Origin: Klebsiella phage KpLz-2_45
DNA: 64,000 nt
Sequence record: MN871446.1
Reading direction: 5' to 3' (one strand)
Shown: one piece after another, positions 15,524 to 25,600 of the stretch
How positions within the stretch are numbered: position 1 is the first letter of the stretch
Layout of the letters: every line of letters begins with the position of its first letter
The notes under the pieces: generated by a model
Database searches by the model: none
What the model was told of the DNA's origin: nothing
The model's input: the letters and a program-made list of their open reading frames with translations, nothing else
Translations under genes and position numbers: made by a program

Positions 15524-17584
15524 TTAAGCGGTATAAATGAATTGATACGGGGTCAGAAGCTGTGTGGCCGGTTTAGTGCCAATGTCGGTATCGAACAGGG
15601 CGATTTTCCCTACTCCGTTTGGAATGAACGAGAACGCCGAGTTATCCCCTTTACAACTCCAGTACTGAGCCGATGCAGCGGTCGTCGCATTCGCACCGGT
15701 GGTAAAGTGCGCCAGATTACTCAACGTGTTCGTCACGCTATTGGACTGGCAAGCGATATTCACCGAGAACGTTCCTTCACCGGAGTCTTTGACGTGAGAA
15801 CCGTCACAATGGCTGTATACGGAGTTCAGACGCAGGATTGTCCCGTACGCAGAGAGACCGGAGGCCGCAGAGGTATGGTTACTATCAAAACCGCAGTAGC
15901 TGACTGTTGCTCTATTCTCCACGATCCAATACTTACTGTTCATCGCAGGTAATACACGGTCACTGTTGTAACTGAATCCGCCACTGAAACCAAATTGTGC
16001 AACACAGTCTTGGTGTGCAACGTTATAACCGTAGCTTCCGAAGGATGGGCCCTTGAACGTCCACCCGAACCGACAGGCGTTCATGTACAGATACCCGTAG
16101 GTTCTCGGTGTGGTCATGTCTGCGATAAAGCCATTGTAGGAGAGATCAAAATTACATTTCTCCATGAACACGTTACCCGCATCGGCGACTGACCCTGAGA
16201 GCGTTTTTGCAATCAGGTAAACATTACTGTCTGGCTTGCGGCTATCGGTTAATCGAACGTAGACCCGATTATTGGTGTTGTCGATGTAATACGAGTGCGG
16301 AGTGTTCGCACAGTCAGCAATCGAGGTCTTAGCAGTCATTCTCCCGTACCCGGCATCGCTGTATACCGTTTTGTCTACCACGGCAGCAATGTCACTGATT
16401 TTACTGTACCAGGTGTTGGCATCGTACCCTGACCAATCAGTACTTTGACGGGTGGAGGTAAAGGTAGGGTTAACGTCACCGTAACCAATAATATCGACCG
16501 TACGTTGGCGAATAGTTTGTGTCCAGCCAGAGTCGGCATCGTAGTAAAGATCCGCGTAACCTTTTACGCGAATAACTCTGGCAGCAGGCAGTCGGTTTAT
16601 CGCACGACGGAAGGTTTTGAACGCAGTCGCTGCGGTCGAACCGTCATTGGTGTCGGAACCGTCTTTGACATCAACGAAGACCACTGTACCTGTACCGGCA
16701 CGTTTACTGGTGACGTCGAAACCCAGAGAGTAGGTCAATGTCCCCGCATTCAACGACGCTGTTAACCCTAACGTTTCAGGGATCACTGCAAGCTGAGACG
16801 GTAACATCGGCACTTTAGGAAGCAAGTTACCCGTGGCGTCGTAAGACGTTTCACCGTTGACTCCTAAGGTCTCCAGTAGACGACCATTGCGGAAGCGTCC
16901 TATCAACGTGTTCTTGCTGTTTGGGTGATAGTCGATTGCCGGGATAATATTCCCAGTAGGAGAAAGATAAAGCGCAGTTAACCCGGAACGTTGCGAAATA
17001 GTACGGCTGACGTCAACGATGTCTTTCCCAGCCAGTTTCCAGTGACCGCCTAAAAAGCTGAGGGTGTTATAGTCACTTCCCACGGTAAACTGTAGCGCAT
17101 TGAAATATTGGTAAACCGCCTCTTGTTTGCCGAGATAGATAGTTACGCTACCGGTGTACACGAGGTGATTATCTGCCACGCTGACTGTGATCTTTCTGAC
17201 GCCAGTGGCAATGTCATCTGGGCGATACGGGCCGTCTACGAGATCAGTGGTAGTTAGGGCGAGTTGGTATTTCTCGTTCAGGTACGGAATTAAATCAACG
17301 ATACGAGAAAGGGTATAGTCTTCCAGTTGACAGTAGGGTCGGGCCAATAGCGTTTTAAAGCTCAGGCGATTATACTGTAATGTTACACCGAGCGATTGCA
17401 GGGACGAGCCGTTAGTGACGTTAATCGTCGTATTCAAACCGTTAACAACGGTAGTGTTAACAGCGGGTGTACCTAACGAGATTGACGAAGTCGTGTACAT
17501 TGTCCCGTTTGCTTCGTTAATCAGGTCAACGGCAATCTGTTTTGGGGTCTGTTTTAAATCAACCATTTTCAATTCATCCCTCAT
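15524..17584 (-). CDS. tailspike / tail-fibre protein B
   Basis: 686 aa. The N-terminal domain is paralogous to A. The beta-helix entry is ...VFVDVKDGSDTNDGSTAATAFKTFRRAINRLP. Confidence 0.8.
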   Translation of the reverse strand: MRDELKMVDLKQTPKQIAVDLINEANGTMYTTSSISLGTPAVNTTVVNGLNTTINVTNGSSLQSLGVTLQYNRLSFKTLLARPYCQLEDYTLSRIVDLIPYLNEKYQLALTTTDLVDGPYRPDDIATGVRKITVSVADNHLVYTGSVTIYLGKQEAVYQYFNALQFTVGSDYNTLSFLGGHWKLAGKDIVDVSRTISQRSGLTALYLSPTGNIIPAIDYHPNSKNTLIGRFRNGRLLETLGVNGETSYDATGNLLPKVPMLPSQLAVIPETLGLTASLNAGTLTYSLGFDVTSKRAGTGTVVFVDVKDGSDTNDGSTAATAFKTFRRAINRLPAARVIRVKGYADLYYDADSGWTQTIRQRTVDIIGYGDVNPTFTSTRQSTDWSGYDANTWYSKISDIAAVVDKTVYSDAGYGRMTAKTSIADCANTPHSYYIDNTNNRVYVRLTDSRKPDSNVYLIAKTLSGSVADAGNVFMEKCNFDLSYNGFIADMTTPRTYGYLYMNACRFGWTFKGPSFGSYGYNVAHQDCVAQFGFSGGFSYNSDRVLPAMNSKYWIVENRATVSYCGFDSNHTSAASGLSAYGTILRLNSVYSHCDGSHVKDSGEGTFSVNIACQSNSVTNTLSNLAHFTTGANATTAASAQYWSCKGDNSAFSFIPNGVGKIALFDTDIGTKPATQLLTPYQFIYTA

Positions 17585-17607
17585 TATACGGGGCGGTTAA
17601 AGTACGA

Positions 17608-17617
17608 GTCATAGAAA
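17608..17617 (-). promoter_or_regulatory. TTTCTATGAC motif 23 nt upstream of the tailspike B ATG (candidate late promoter)
   Basis: Member of the conserved motif family found at fixed distance upstream of tailspike genes. Confidence 0.45.
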
Positions 17618-17688
17618 GGTTTTGGGACAAAAAAGAAAAGCGCGAGAAGGAGACAACAGGAGAAGAGAGCAGACGCTCTCTTCTCCTG
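17617..17688 (-). terminator. terminator CAGGAGAAGAGAGC-AGAC-GCTCTCTTCTCCTG plus T-run
   Basis: 14-bp stem. Downstream on the minus strand is CGCTTTTCTTTTTTGTCCC. It follows the acidic-protein gene. Confidence 0.65.
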
Positions 17689-17692
17689 GGAA

Positions 17693-18100
17693 TTATTCAT
17701 CGTCTTCGAAGTCTTCCGGTACAGATTGGTAATCGTCATCGTCGTAGTCGTCCCAATCCTCTTCCTCGCTGTCGTCAAGTTCATCGATGATCTTGTTGTC
17801 AGCTTCTTCCATGAACCAGCCTTTCTCAGCCAGTGTAGCAGCAAAGACGTTGTTCCCTTCTTCGATCAGCGTTTCGGTCACCGCCCCTGAGTCATTCTCA
17901 GTAACGGCAACCACCGTGAGTTCTTCGCCGTCAGCGGTCTTATCGTTGACATCCGTTTTATAGAGTTCAAACCCTAACTGTTCGTTGACACTTTCTAATG
18001 TTTCAGAAAGGTCGAGTGGGTCAACCGGACGGCCGTCGTTGTCGATGACTTCGAAAGTCTCTTCGTCGGTACTGAATTTCAGGATAGTGCGATTTGTCAT
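17693..18100 (-). CDS. highly acidic protein (Asp/Glu about one third of residues; C-terminus DELDDSEEEDWDDYDDDDYQSVPEDFEDDE), candidate DNA mimic
   Basis: 135-aa ORF with extreme D/E content and very few K/R residues. Confidence 0.6.
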   Translation of the reverse strand: MTNRTILKFSTDEETFEVIDNDGRPVDPLDLSETLESVNEQLGFELYKTDVNDKTADGEELTVVAVTENDSGAVTETLIEEGNNVFAATLAEKGWFMEEADNKIIDELDDSEEEDWDDYDDDDYQSVPEDFEDDE

Positions 18101-18426
18101 TTCCAGTCCTCCTGGGTGCGTTTAATAAAGAGTGCGTCAACGACAGTCAGATCGACAGGGATCAGCTCAGTCGCCGCATGGGGTTGTATAAAGTAAAGCG
18201 TCAGAGTTGTGTCGTTGGTGAGTTTTCCAACCACGTTGTAAAGAACACCGTTGTACATTCCGGATGTGCCGGTTTTCAGATTGAGTGCAACAATGAGTTG
18301 TCGTCCCAGTAAATCGCAGTTGTTACCAGGGTAAGTGTCGCGGAGTTTAAAGAGTACTCGACCCACCTTTTCTTGCCATTCTTTCATTAACACATTGAGA
18401 ATCGTTTCTCTTGTAATAACCTGCAT
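18097..18426 (-). CDS. hypothetical protein (start moved to MQVITRETIL...)
   Basis: The ORF track starts at 18534. The internal ATG at 18426 has a Shine-Dalgarno AAGGAAG at -6. A TTTCTATGAT motif sits 22-24 nt upstream. Confidence 0.5.
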   Translation of the reverse strand: MQVITRETILNVLMKEWQEKVGRVLFKLRDTYPGNNCDLLGRQLIVALNLKTGTSGMYNGVLYNVVGKLTNDTTLTLYFIQPHAATELIPVDLTVVDALFIKRTQEDWK

Positions 18427-18448
18427 CTTGTCTTCCTTATTGGTCGTT

Positions 18449-18458
18449 ATCATAGAAA
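18449..18458 (-). promoter_or_regulatory. TTTCTATGAT motif 22-24 nt upstream of the 18426 ATG
   Basis: Same motif and spacing as upstream of the tailspike genes. Confidence 0.4.
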
Positions 18459-18547
18459 GTTTACTTAAAAATAGATTTGGGGTAGTCAAGAAAAACAGGC
18501 GGTATATTGCTATGTTAACACCTAAAATGAACAAGGCATAAGTAGCG

Positions 18548-18760
18548 ATGAACTATTCAATCATTCCCACCACAGCGCAAAAGATTGTTGAGATTACCCG
18601 CAGTAAAATTGACCCGAATGCGGTCACGCTCATTTTCGAAGACGGGGCAAACGAAACATTTCTGGATTGGTTTGTCCAGAAACATAAACCAGCAATCGGT
18701 CGTTTTCTGGCCAAAGACACCGACGGTTTCCTGCACGTAGTAGACACGATCGACGCTTAA
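18548..18760 (+). CDS. small hypothetical protein (70 aa), an isolated plus-strand gene
   Basis: Good ORF followed by a strong bidirectional terminator. It is divergent from the 18426 gene. Confidence 0.5.
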   Translation: MNYSIIPTTAQKIVEITRSKIDPNAVTLIFEDGANETFLDWFVQKHKPAIGRFLAKDTDGFLHVVDTIDA

Positions 18761-18769
18761 AAGAACACA

Positions 18770-18820
18770 GAAAGGAAAGGGGTTAGTCCCCTTTCCTTTC
18801 TAGTCTATATTGTTTTTCAG
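18770..18820. terminator. bidirectional terminator GAAAGGAAAGGGG-TTAGT-CCCCTTTCCTTTC
   Basis: 13-bp stem with T-rich tracts on both sides. It separates convergent genes. Confidence 0.7.
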
Positions 18821-19045
18821 GATGTCTTCGGCAGGGTAGAAATGATCTTCTACGATTTTACCGAATTGATGGGCGCCAGTGAGTGCGTTTTCTACGGGGG
18901 TGATGTAAGCGGCTTTATTGTCCCACGGCGGGAGAAGCTCTGAGAGCAACAGTGCGGCTTCGTTTAATAAAGCTAGGTTCTCGTCAGGGACGAATGATAT
19001 TGTCTCTTGTAGGCTCTCTAAGAGCGCTATACGGGGAGTAAACAT
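18800..19045 (-). CDS. hypothetical protein
   Basis: 81-aa ORF with Shine-Dalgarno AAGGG. Confidence 0.5.
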   Translation of the reverse strand: MFTPRIALLESLQETISFVPDENLALLNEAALLLSELLPPWDNKAAYITPVENALTGAHQFGKIVEDHFYPAEDILKNNID

Positions 19046-19071
19046 AGTTGACCCTTAAAGGTGAAATAAGA

Positions 19072-19089
19072 CAGGGACCGAAGTCCCTG
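19072..19089 (-). promoter_or_regulatory. 5'-leader stem-loop CAGGGAC-UUCG-GUCCCUG (UUCG tetraloop), about 25 nt upstream of the 19045 ATG
   Basis: Perfect 7-bp stem with a canonical UUCG loop on the minus-strand transcript. Confidence 0.4.
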
Positions 19090-19187
19090 AACTTATAAAT
19101 TAAAATGAATGTCTCGTTATTAACCGGCACTGTGAGAAACGGTTAAATAGGAGTAATCGGAGGGTGTCTTATTTCCTCTTCACACTT

Positions 19188-19200
19188 GTAATATAGATGT
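19188..19200 (-). promoter_or_regulatory. ACATCTATATTAC motif (minus strand), 14 nt after the tailspike C stop
   Basis: One of four instances of A(C/A)ATCTATAT(C/T)AC located in intergenic regions upstream of minus-strand genes. Confidence 0.35.
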
Positions 19201-19215
19201 GAAAAAGAATCGAGA

Positions 19216-20943
19216 TTAAGTAATTTTCATCCACCAAATATCATTAATAAAATTCCCATCGATATCGGTGGTGGTAGTATTAGATCCCGACCCTTTCAAA
19301 ACAGTACCTGGCATAGTTTTAATCTTTCTTGCACTTGCAACGGACACTGGTGGTTGAGATGGAATATAACCGATTTTAGGATCGGTAATATTAACATTGG
19401 TGCACGTTCCTGCTAATTGCACGGCGGCAGCGGCGGCTGTAATGTCAGCTGCTGACCATACTTGTGAAAAAGCAACAACGTTAGTTAAAACAGTGGCTGC
19501 TTTACTGTAATTGACCGTGTCTGTTATAGGTTTAAGAATATTTAAACCGTCATTATATCTGGCGTAATAGACCGAGTCCTGAATAACTAATCGAGGAACT
19601 TCACCCTGTAACAACGGGAAATTATTATTACTAGCGAGGTATTTACTGGTTCGAGAAACGGTGTCAATAAAGACGCAGTTCCTGACCACATTGTTGTAAT
19701 TAATGTTACCAGAACGAATGTTGGTGCAATAGTCGTAACCGGAAGAAGGATATGGTAATCGTTGAATACCGTCATTGAAAAAGAACGAAAACTCAACAAC
19801 ATTGTTACCTTGGCCATTCCTTCGATCATAGAACCATTGCGCCTGTGTATAAGTGCCGGAATAGGGGGCGTACGCCGCTCGTGCTCCACCTTGTACACTT
19901 GTAGAAGAATTGCCCATAAATAGAATCGAGGCGCCATTGTTGAAGCCAATGATATTTCTTGCCACCGAATCCCACGTACAGTAATCAAAATCAATGATTT
20001 CATTATCGGTAACCGAAGGGTGCATACCACCGCCGAAAATGTTTTCAATCATGATTCGATTACAACGCCATGTCCAAAACCCCGCATCGGCATATAGCGT
20101 TTCAGTGTTCTCTAACGCGTTATCCCATCGGTATTTTGAATACGTAATATTCCGCATGACTGACTGATATTTGTCCACAACGTAGGCGGAGTTTAAAGAC
20201 TCCACGCCAGCAAACTGACAGCCTCCTTTTGAGATTCCTGTCATCTCAATATTCTCTACTTTGACCCCGCGAGAATAATACGTCCCTTTAGAGTTGTCAG
20301 TAATATCATCTGCTTTCCAATGGTTCCCCACGATGTTAATGGATCTCGCTACATTGAAAAATGAAGAATTTCTGACACCAAAAACATTCGCCCTATTTGT
20401 GGCGGCACCATCTAAACGTATATTGACGGCGGAATCATAGTCTTTATGATTTCCGCTTCTGCCAATCGGATCGCTAATAAATTTACAATTATCAATCCAT
20501 ACGTCGACATCAGTTTCCACAGTTACCGGTGGCAATTCAAACCAAATAAAACAGCTACTGTTATTATCGACCGAAACAAGATTGTTTCGGGCATAAAACT
20601 CTATTCCGCTGACGGTAACGCTTTGTACCTTACGTGCGGTCAAATGCATTGCACGATAGCTATACCCATCGAGCGCAGTGGCAGCTTTAAAATAGTCTGT
20701 GTTAATCCATTTTGGTTTTGGTCCAGTCCCATAACTTGTAATATAAGACATGGTCCCCGTTGTGTTGTACAAAGAGGTTAAGCCAAAATTAACGTTCTCA
20801 TAAATAGTTGTCCCTGCTTTTAGTGCAATAGTACAAGGGTGACTGAAACCTTGTGCAATCAATGCAGAAAACGTTTTAAATGGTGAGTCTTTTGTCCCCG
20901 TACCGTTCACTGATACGGTAGGATCAATGTAATAATAGTTCAT
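19216..20943 (-). CDS. tailspike / depolymerase-like protein C (no N-terminal anchor domain; beta-helix from residue 1)
   Basis: 575 aa. It starts straight in a pectate-lyase-like region MNYYYIDPTVSVNGTGTKDSPFKTFSALIAQ. It lies 9 nt downstream of D with Shine-Dalgarno GAGG, which points to co-translation with D and possible docking onto D. Confidence 0.75.
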   Translation of the reverse strand: MNYYYIDPTVSVNGTGTKDSPFKTFSALIAQGFSHPCTIALKAGTTIYENVNFGLTSLYNTTGTMSYITSYGTGPKPKWINTDYFKAATALDGYSYRAMHLTARKVQSVTVSGIEFYARNNLVSVDNNSSCFIWFELPPVTVETDVDVWIDNCKFISDPIGRSGNHKDYDSAVNIRLDGAATNRANVFGVRNSSFFNVARSINIVGNHWKADDITDNSKGTYYSRGVKVENIEMTGISKGGCQFAGVESLNSAYVVDKYQSVMRNITYSKYRWDNALENTETLYADAGFWTWRCNRIMIENIFGGGMHPSVTDNEIIDFDYCTWDSVARNIIGFNNGASILFMGNSSTSVQGGARAAYAPYSGTYTQAQWFYDRRNGQGNNVVEFSFFFNDGIQRLPYPSSGYDYCTNIRSGNINYNNVVRNCVFIDTVSRTSKYLASNNNFPLLQGEVPRLVIQDSVYYARYNDGLNILKPITDTVNYSKAATVLTNVVAFSQVWSAADITAAAAAVQLAGTCTNVNITDPKIGYIPSQPPVSVASARKIKTMPGTVLKGSGSNTTTTDIDGNFINDIWWMKIT

Positions 20944-20952
20944 CTAAACCTC

Positions 20953-22776
20953 TTAATTTGCGAGTTTTACCAACACGTCTATCCAAACTGCCGGGCCCAG
21001 ATCTACTGGGGAGCTACTCAACGCTTCTGTTACCGTGATCGCGTTAGTTGTTGTATTCAGTGTGGCAGTAGTAAGGACTTGCCTAACGCTAAACGCAAAT
21101 GTATGTGCAGTTGTATCCGTTGCACCAATAACGTATCGATAACTGTTAGCATTATTTGGTATCTGAGGTAGCCTTATCTGCCAAGGCATATCTGTCGCAA
21201 GATCAGCACCTGTGATCGTGAAATTAAGACTCGGTATTGTGCATGTTAATGAATCAACACCACTTTCAAAATTGGTGGCGTAACAAAAAGAAGAAACGAA
21301 TTTCTTAAAGGGAGCGGCATTGATAACCGAATCAGCCGGGTGGTTGTAATGACAACGCAATACAGCATAACCCTCTGGTACGTCAAAACTCGAACCATCA
21401 TTGAGTAACACGCGACGATAGTTTGACCCTGTATAGGCGGTGTTCGCCCAAATAATCCCTGCAGGGGTCGAACCACTGAGCGACGTCAATTGTGACCCGC
21501 CCATGTATTTATTCCAATTCCATGTGATCAAGTTTGCATTTCCGGAGTTCACGCAAGTAGAACTCAAATAAGTGGAATGCGCCGGAGTTCTTAGGTAGAA
21601 ATTCACCGTTCCGGTTGTTGTATCTTGAACCAAACCAATAACCGGTTGGAGGGCGTTTTTTACATCGCTATTATCCAACATCTTACCCGAACCAATCCCT
21701 GTAAAACGAACGTACTTATTAATGTTGTATTGAGTAAACGCGGTAACGACATCTGGTAAATTGACATCGAGAACATATGTCAAAACATTGCTATTTGTCG
21801 CGTTCCCAATATTAATTAAGCAGGAGAAACGTGCGCCGATAAGATTGGATGGGTTTACAATAGTTGCGAAATTAATGAAGTTAGCATTAGCACTGTCTAC
21901 GGTGAAGTAGGTGTCGTAAGAATTGGCCAGACTCCGTCCAATAGAATCAAGCTGAGCTAATTCTCTGACAGCTGTGCCGTTCGCCCAACTCCAACGATAA
22001 CGCCCAGCGTCAGTGAAAGGGACTAACCCTGTTTGGAGCGGAGAAACAGTAAAGATTCTTGGGAGATTTGTGGTTTTATCATAACTCCACATGATCGCTG
22101 GGGAGGTTTCATCATCCGCTTGGCCGTCTACAGGGAATCGCGCAATGACGTCTTGATAAGGACCTCTCCAGTAGCCTGTGCCTTCAGCAAAAGGTACATG
22201 AATGTTTCTTGCAGTTCGGTGTCCGTCAACGGTAGCTGAGGTTTTCAGTCTTCCGCGGTTATCAATGAGAATGGTACCCAGATTTTTCTTTCCGCCGAAG
22301 TTAATGCCAGCTACCGCTTGAATATCTTCAGGGGCCGGGTTGACGTCGTATTGACCTTTTACGCTCATTTGATCTTCAACGGAAATATCGTCAGAAGCAG
22401 AGGGCCCGTTTCCGTCAGTTGTTCCTTTATTATCAATTTCGCCCTTAAATTCCGCTAACAAATTTTCAACGACGCTCAAAGCCTGATCAATTACCCCAAG
22501 ATCTCTCCATGGGCCAACGTTAAAACTTCCTGTTGTCGTTACCAAGTTTAAAGTTCCATCTTGGTTTCTGGTGAAACTTTGCAACGTTCCCGTAGCTGAA
22601 ACTGTTTCGAAACAGTTGTTTGTATTAAAATCAAAAAGCACGTTTACATTGGAAAGGTCGACATTTGTCTCGAGTACCGCTATTTGATTTGTTTCTAATC
22701 CCAGTAGAGTACAAAGGTTACGAAGAATGATCTCTTTTGTTGTACTTCCGTTGGGTTGGACTAAACGATTTAACAT
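20953..22776 (-). CDS. tailspike / tail-fibre protein D (N-terminal domain paralogous to G)
   Basis: 607 aa. MLNRLVQPNGSTTKEIILRNLCTLLGLETNQIAVLETNVDLSNV resembles the G N-terminus MQTNFIQPSGTTS...LDKNVDLTIF. Confidence 0.75.
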   Translation of the reverse strand: MLNRLVQPNGSTTKEIILRNLCTLLGLETNQIAVLETNVDLSNVNVLFDFNTNNCFETVSATGTLQSFTRNQDGTLNLVTTTGSFNVGPWRDLGVIDQALSVVENLLAEFKGEIDNKGTTDGNGPSASDDISVEDQMSVKGQYDVNPAPEDIQAVAGINFGGKKNLGTILIDNRGRLKTSATVDGHRTARNIHVPFAEGTGYWRGPYQDVIARFPVDGQADDETSPAIMWSYDKTTNLPRIFTVSPLQTGLVPFTDAGRYRWSWANGTAVRELAQLDSIGRSLANSYDTYFTVDSANANFINFATIVNPSNLIGARFSCLINIGNATNSNVLTYVLDVNLPDVVTAFTQYNINKYVRFTGIGSGKMLDNSDVKNALQPVIGLVQDTTTGTVNFYLRTPAHSTYLSSTCVNSGNANLITWNWNKYMGGSQLTSLSGSTPAGIIWANTAYTGSNYRRVLLNDGSSFDVPEGYAVLRCHYNHPADSVINAAPFKKFVSSFCYATNFESGVDSLTCTIPSLNFTITGADLATDMPWQIRLPQIPNNANSYRYVIGATDTTAHTFAFSVRQVLTTATLNTTTNAITVTEALSSSPVDLGPAVWIDVLVKLAN

Positions 22777-22784
22777 GATTATTC

Positions 22785-22817
22785 CTTGTAGAAAGCCAGA
22801 GAGGGATTCCTCTCTGG
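22785..22817 (-). terminator. hairpin CCAGAGAGG-GATT-CCTCTCTGG between E and D
   Basis: 9-bp stem in the 46-nt E-D spacer. The T tail is weak, so it may act as an attenuator. Confidence 0.45.
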
Positions 22818-22822
22818 TGTTA

Positions 22823-25501
22823 TTATACCGTATAACGCCACGTCGAGTTCGTTAGCGTGACTGCGCCGGTGATCGTAATGTTGACCCTTTCTTGGTAATA
22901 CAGCACCAAGTTCAACGGGTAAGTACCCGCGGCTGTATAATTGTACAATATTTGGTCGTTCACTTTGATAACGCATGTACCACCAGAAGGGACAGTCAAA
23001 TCACCGTGGTACTTACCCGCGCGACGATAATTATAGACGTAGTCAACGCCTGTTAATGGTAGTGCGGTTGTCGTCAAATCAACATGGGTAGCGTCCCGCA
23101 TTCCAAAAGATGATTGTGTCCCGTCCCCATATCGAATACGTGAGTAGCTTGTTTGTGCGCTCTGGAAATACGCCAGTTGACTTTGTAGCTTAAGGTAAAT
23201 GACGTAATTAAAATTATTATCGTCCCATTTACAGTTCCGAGTACTAAAGAAGAAATTGGGATTAGGACTGTCTACACGGACGATGTACATCTGATCTTCG
23301 GTGAGGTTAGTCCACCCAGAATGGGTATTATAGAATTCGATATTATCGAGCGTCATTTTCCCGTAAAGAACAGTTGCGTCTACGTAGAACACAGGTTGCG
23401 CTGCGTAACCTCCAGCGTAGTAATCGAGATTGTAGAAGATCCCTTTCGAAATTGTGACAATACCAGTATCATTAGGTTGACCAATGCGTTGTCCGGTATA
23501 TTGTAACTTGGTCGTATCGTTAGTGACGTAGACCACTCTTGACATATACCAGCCCGTAATATCGGCAATGCCAACGTAAGCATTGTAGCCCATGCGAATA
23601 AACTCGCCAGGATAATACGCATTAACAAGGCCGATTGAAACACGGGAGTTACAGATTTCAATACAGTACGCGCCGGGGAGGGTTTGGGCAAGAGTCGGGC
23701 CGCCTTGGACACCAAAGATCTTGTTGATAGTGATCGCTGGAGTATCCCAAATTCTGACGTGAGGACCGCCGCCTGAACCTACTAACAGACTTCCTATCGT
23801 TACTGTTCCGCAAGTATCAATAATCAATCCACCTGTCGCCAGCAGCGGTGGGACAAAGTCTTCGTAATGTTCTAGTCCTACATCGTACATTTCTTTCAGA
23901 ACGGAAGCTTGGGAATTATTCTGCTCCCAAAGGTATTCAACTTTACCTAAGCCTGAACCAGTGTTTCGAAGATAGAACCCGCGACCCACTGTTTTGTTAT
24001 TCATCCTTAATGTACCAAGATTCTGAATGGACGGTAGGACGACGGTAAGATCTGGCCACTTCGCTGTTACATCGGTATAATTAGACTTCCCTAAGGAGTA
24101 AAGTACGGTTCCTGCGTAAGCACCTGCCGATATCTTAATATCCGGGGCGTTAACCATACTTTCCAGTCGTAACGCGTAGTTAGTGTCCACCAAGCCAGCA
24201 ATCTGTGCAGTGGTGTAATTATTGACTTGGAATGTCAGCGAGGTGTTGTCAATCTCAATATCGAACAGCGGACGGTTCGCTTGCACCACAAACCAACCCG
24301 CCCCTTGATCTAACGCATAACGCCCCGTAATACCGAAACGATCGCCGGAATTAGTTGGAAGAATCCACGACAGAGATTCAGGGAATGTTCCACAGCGAAT
24401 ATAATGGCGCTGAGCAAGGTAGACCACGCCTTTATCTAACCCGGTAATAATCGATTGCGGGTAACCGTTAGAGGAGAGTTGTCCGGCTGCTTTCAATGCA
24501 TTTTTAAATGCGGTATCTTGGGGTGCGGTGGTTTGGTCGTAACTCTTAACGCCTGCCCAGGCGAGCTTCACTACGTTCCCATTGATTCGACGTTTCCAAA
24601 GTCTGCCTAATTTATCAACAAGATGAACGCAGTCATCATCTGTTTTACTACCAGCTACGCTTTGTCGATCGAAAATCCCTTCCCCACCATCACCGGCGGT
24701 GCTGTAACCGTAAAGAGACAACGTGCTTGCATAACCCGTATAGTTGCGAAGATCAGCGTAATTCCCTGTACCGACCAGCCCTGCTCCATAGACGCTACTT
24801 AAATCAGCAGTAGCTACCCGCGCGCCTATGGCGGCCTCTACGGTGCCGCCTGCTGCCATTCCGATATTTGCAGCACCTGTCGGCCCGCTAAATAGACTGA
24901 GCAACGCTTCGTTGACTTTCTCAATGTCATCGCTACCAAAACAGATCGCTACTACGGTTTGATTTTCTTTTACTGGTGTAGCGAGTTTAAAGCTCAACAT
25001 ATCGCCAGCAACTAATTCAAAACCTACGTCTTTAAACTGACGCAAACCATCGACGTACACTTCCTGTACTGCGACATTCCCCGCTAAAGGAACCGTGAAG
25101 GTTTGCTCCCCGCCGTTACTTAACCCGCCATTATAAACCCACTGTACAATCGCCCCTTTATTCTTCAGAGCTTTATTCAACAGCGCGTAAGTACCGTAAG
25201 TGATTTGTTCACTATTAGCATTCAATAACGGGGTGGCGCCACCGGCACTGTTAACCCAGCCTTGAACATGCTCTTTAGTATCGTCAGTGTAAACAAAGAA
25301 CACATCGCCAGGAACCGTTGCCGAAACACCCGCCGCAGTACTCGAGTAGGCGTTCTCAAACATGATACTTTCACGTAACGCACGGAGTGTTGTTTTATAC
25401 GTGTCGTTTTCTTCTTTAACTTGAGCAATGGGGATAAACCCATTCTCTGAGGCTACCGACAAAGCCGGTAATTCGGTAATCTTTAAGCTAGACTTATCCA
25501 T
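22823..25501 (-). CDS. tailspike protein E (FENAY-type N-terminal anchor)
   Basis: 892 aa. The N-terminus KITELP...LRALRESIMFENAYSS...DVFFVYTDD is shared with H, I, J, K and L. Confidence 0.8.
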   Translation of the reverse strand: MDKSSLKITELPALSVASENGFIPIAQVKEENDTYKTTLRALRESIMFENAYSSTAAGVSATVPGDVFFVYTDDTKEHVQGWVNSAGGATPLLNANSEQITYGTYALLNKALKNKGAIVQWVYNGGLSNGGEQTFTVPLAGNVAVQEVYVDGLRQFKDVGFELVAGDMLSFKLATPVKENQTVVAICFGSDDIEKVNEALLSLFSGPTGAANIGMAAGGTVEAAIGARVATADLSSVYGAGLVGTGNYADLRNYTGYASTLSLYGYSTAGDGGEGIFDRQSVAGSKTDDDCVHLVDKLGRLWKRRINGNVVKLAWAGVKSYDQTTAPQDTAFKNALKAAGQLSSNGYPQSIITGLDKGVVYLAQRHYIRCGTFPESLSWILPTNSGDRFGITGRYALDQGAGWFVVQANRPLFDIEIDNTSLTFQVNNYTTAQIAGLVDTNYALRLESMVNAPDIKISAGAYAGTVLYSLGKSNYTDVTAKWPDLTVVLPSIQNLGTLRMNNKTVGRGFYLRNTGSGLGKVEYLWEQNNSQASVLKEMYDVGLEHYEDFVPPLLATGGLIIDTCGTVTIGSLLVGSGGGPHVRIWDTPAITINKIFGVQGGPTLAQTLPGAYCIEICNSRVSIGLVNAYYPGEFIRMGYNAYVGIADITGWYMSRVVYVTNDTTKLQYTGQRIGQPNDTGIVTISKGIFYNLDYYAGGYAAQPVFYVDATVLYGKMTLDNIEFYNTHSGWTNLTEDQMYIVRVDSPNPNFFFSTRNCKWDDNNFNYVIYLKLQSQLAYFQSAQTSYSRIRYGDGTQSSFGMRDATHVDLTTTALPLTGVDYVYNYRRAGKYHGDLTVPSGGTCVIKVNDQILYNYTAAGTYPLNLVLYYQERVNITITGAVTLTNSTWRYTV

Positions 25502-25544
25502 TTCGGTACCTGTATAGTCTGGGTAAATAAGAGGGTATCTAGAT

Positions 25545-25587
25545 CGTCATAAAAACACAAGAGTAGGGCCGATCGGCCCTACTCTCT
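25545..25587 (-). terminator. terminator AGAGTAGGGCC-GATC-GGCCCTACTCT followed by TGTGTTTTTATGAC
   Basis: 11-bp stem. The T-run contains the TTTTTATGAC motif, 44 nt upstream of the tailspike E ATG. Confidence 0.7.
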
Positions 25588-25600
25588 ATATTTTCAGCGC

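Noticed and set aside
17584-17844. 86-aa minus-strand ORF overlapping the terminator region and the acidic-protein gene
   Set aside because: It starts inside the tailspike B coding start region. It runs through a terminator hairpin and through the acidic-protein gene in another frame. It has no translation signals.
19046-19215. Possible tRNA gene in the 170-nt gap after tailspike C
   Set aside because: No cloverleaf could be built. There is no GTTC-type T-arm and no conserved D-loop. The region is better explained by the motif plus a UUCG leader hairpin.
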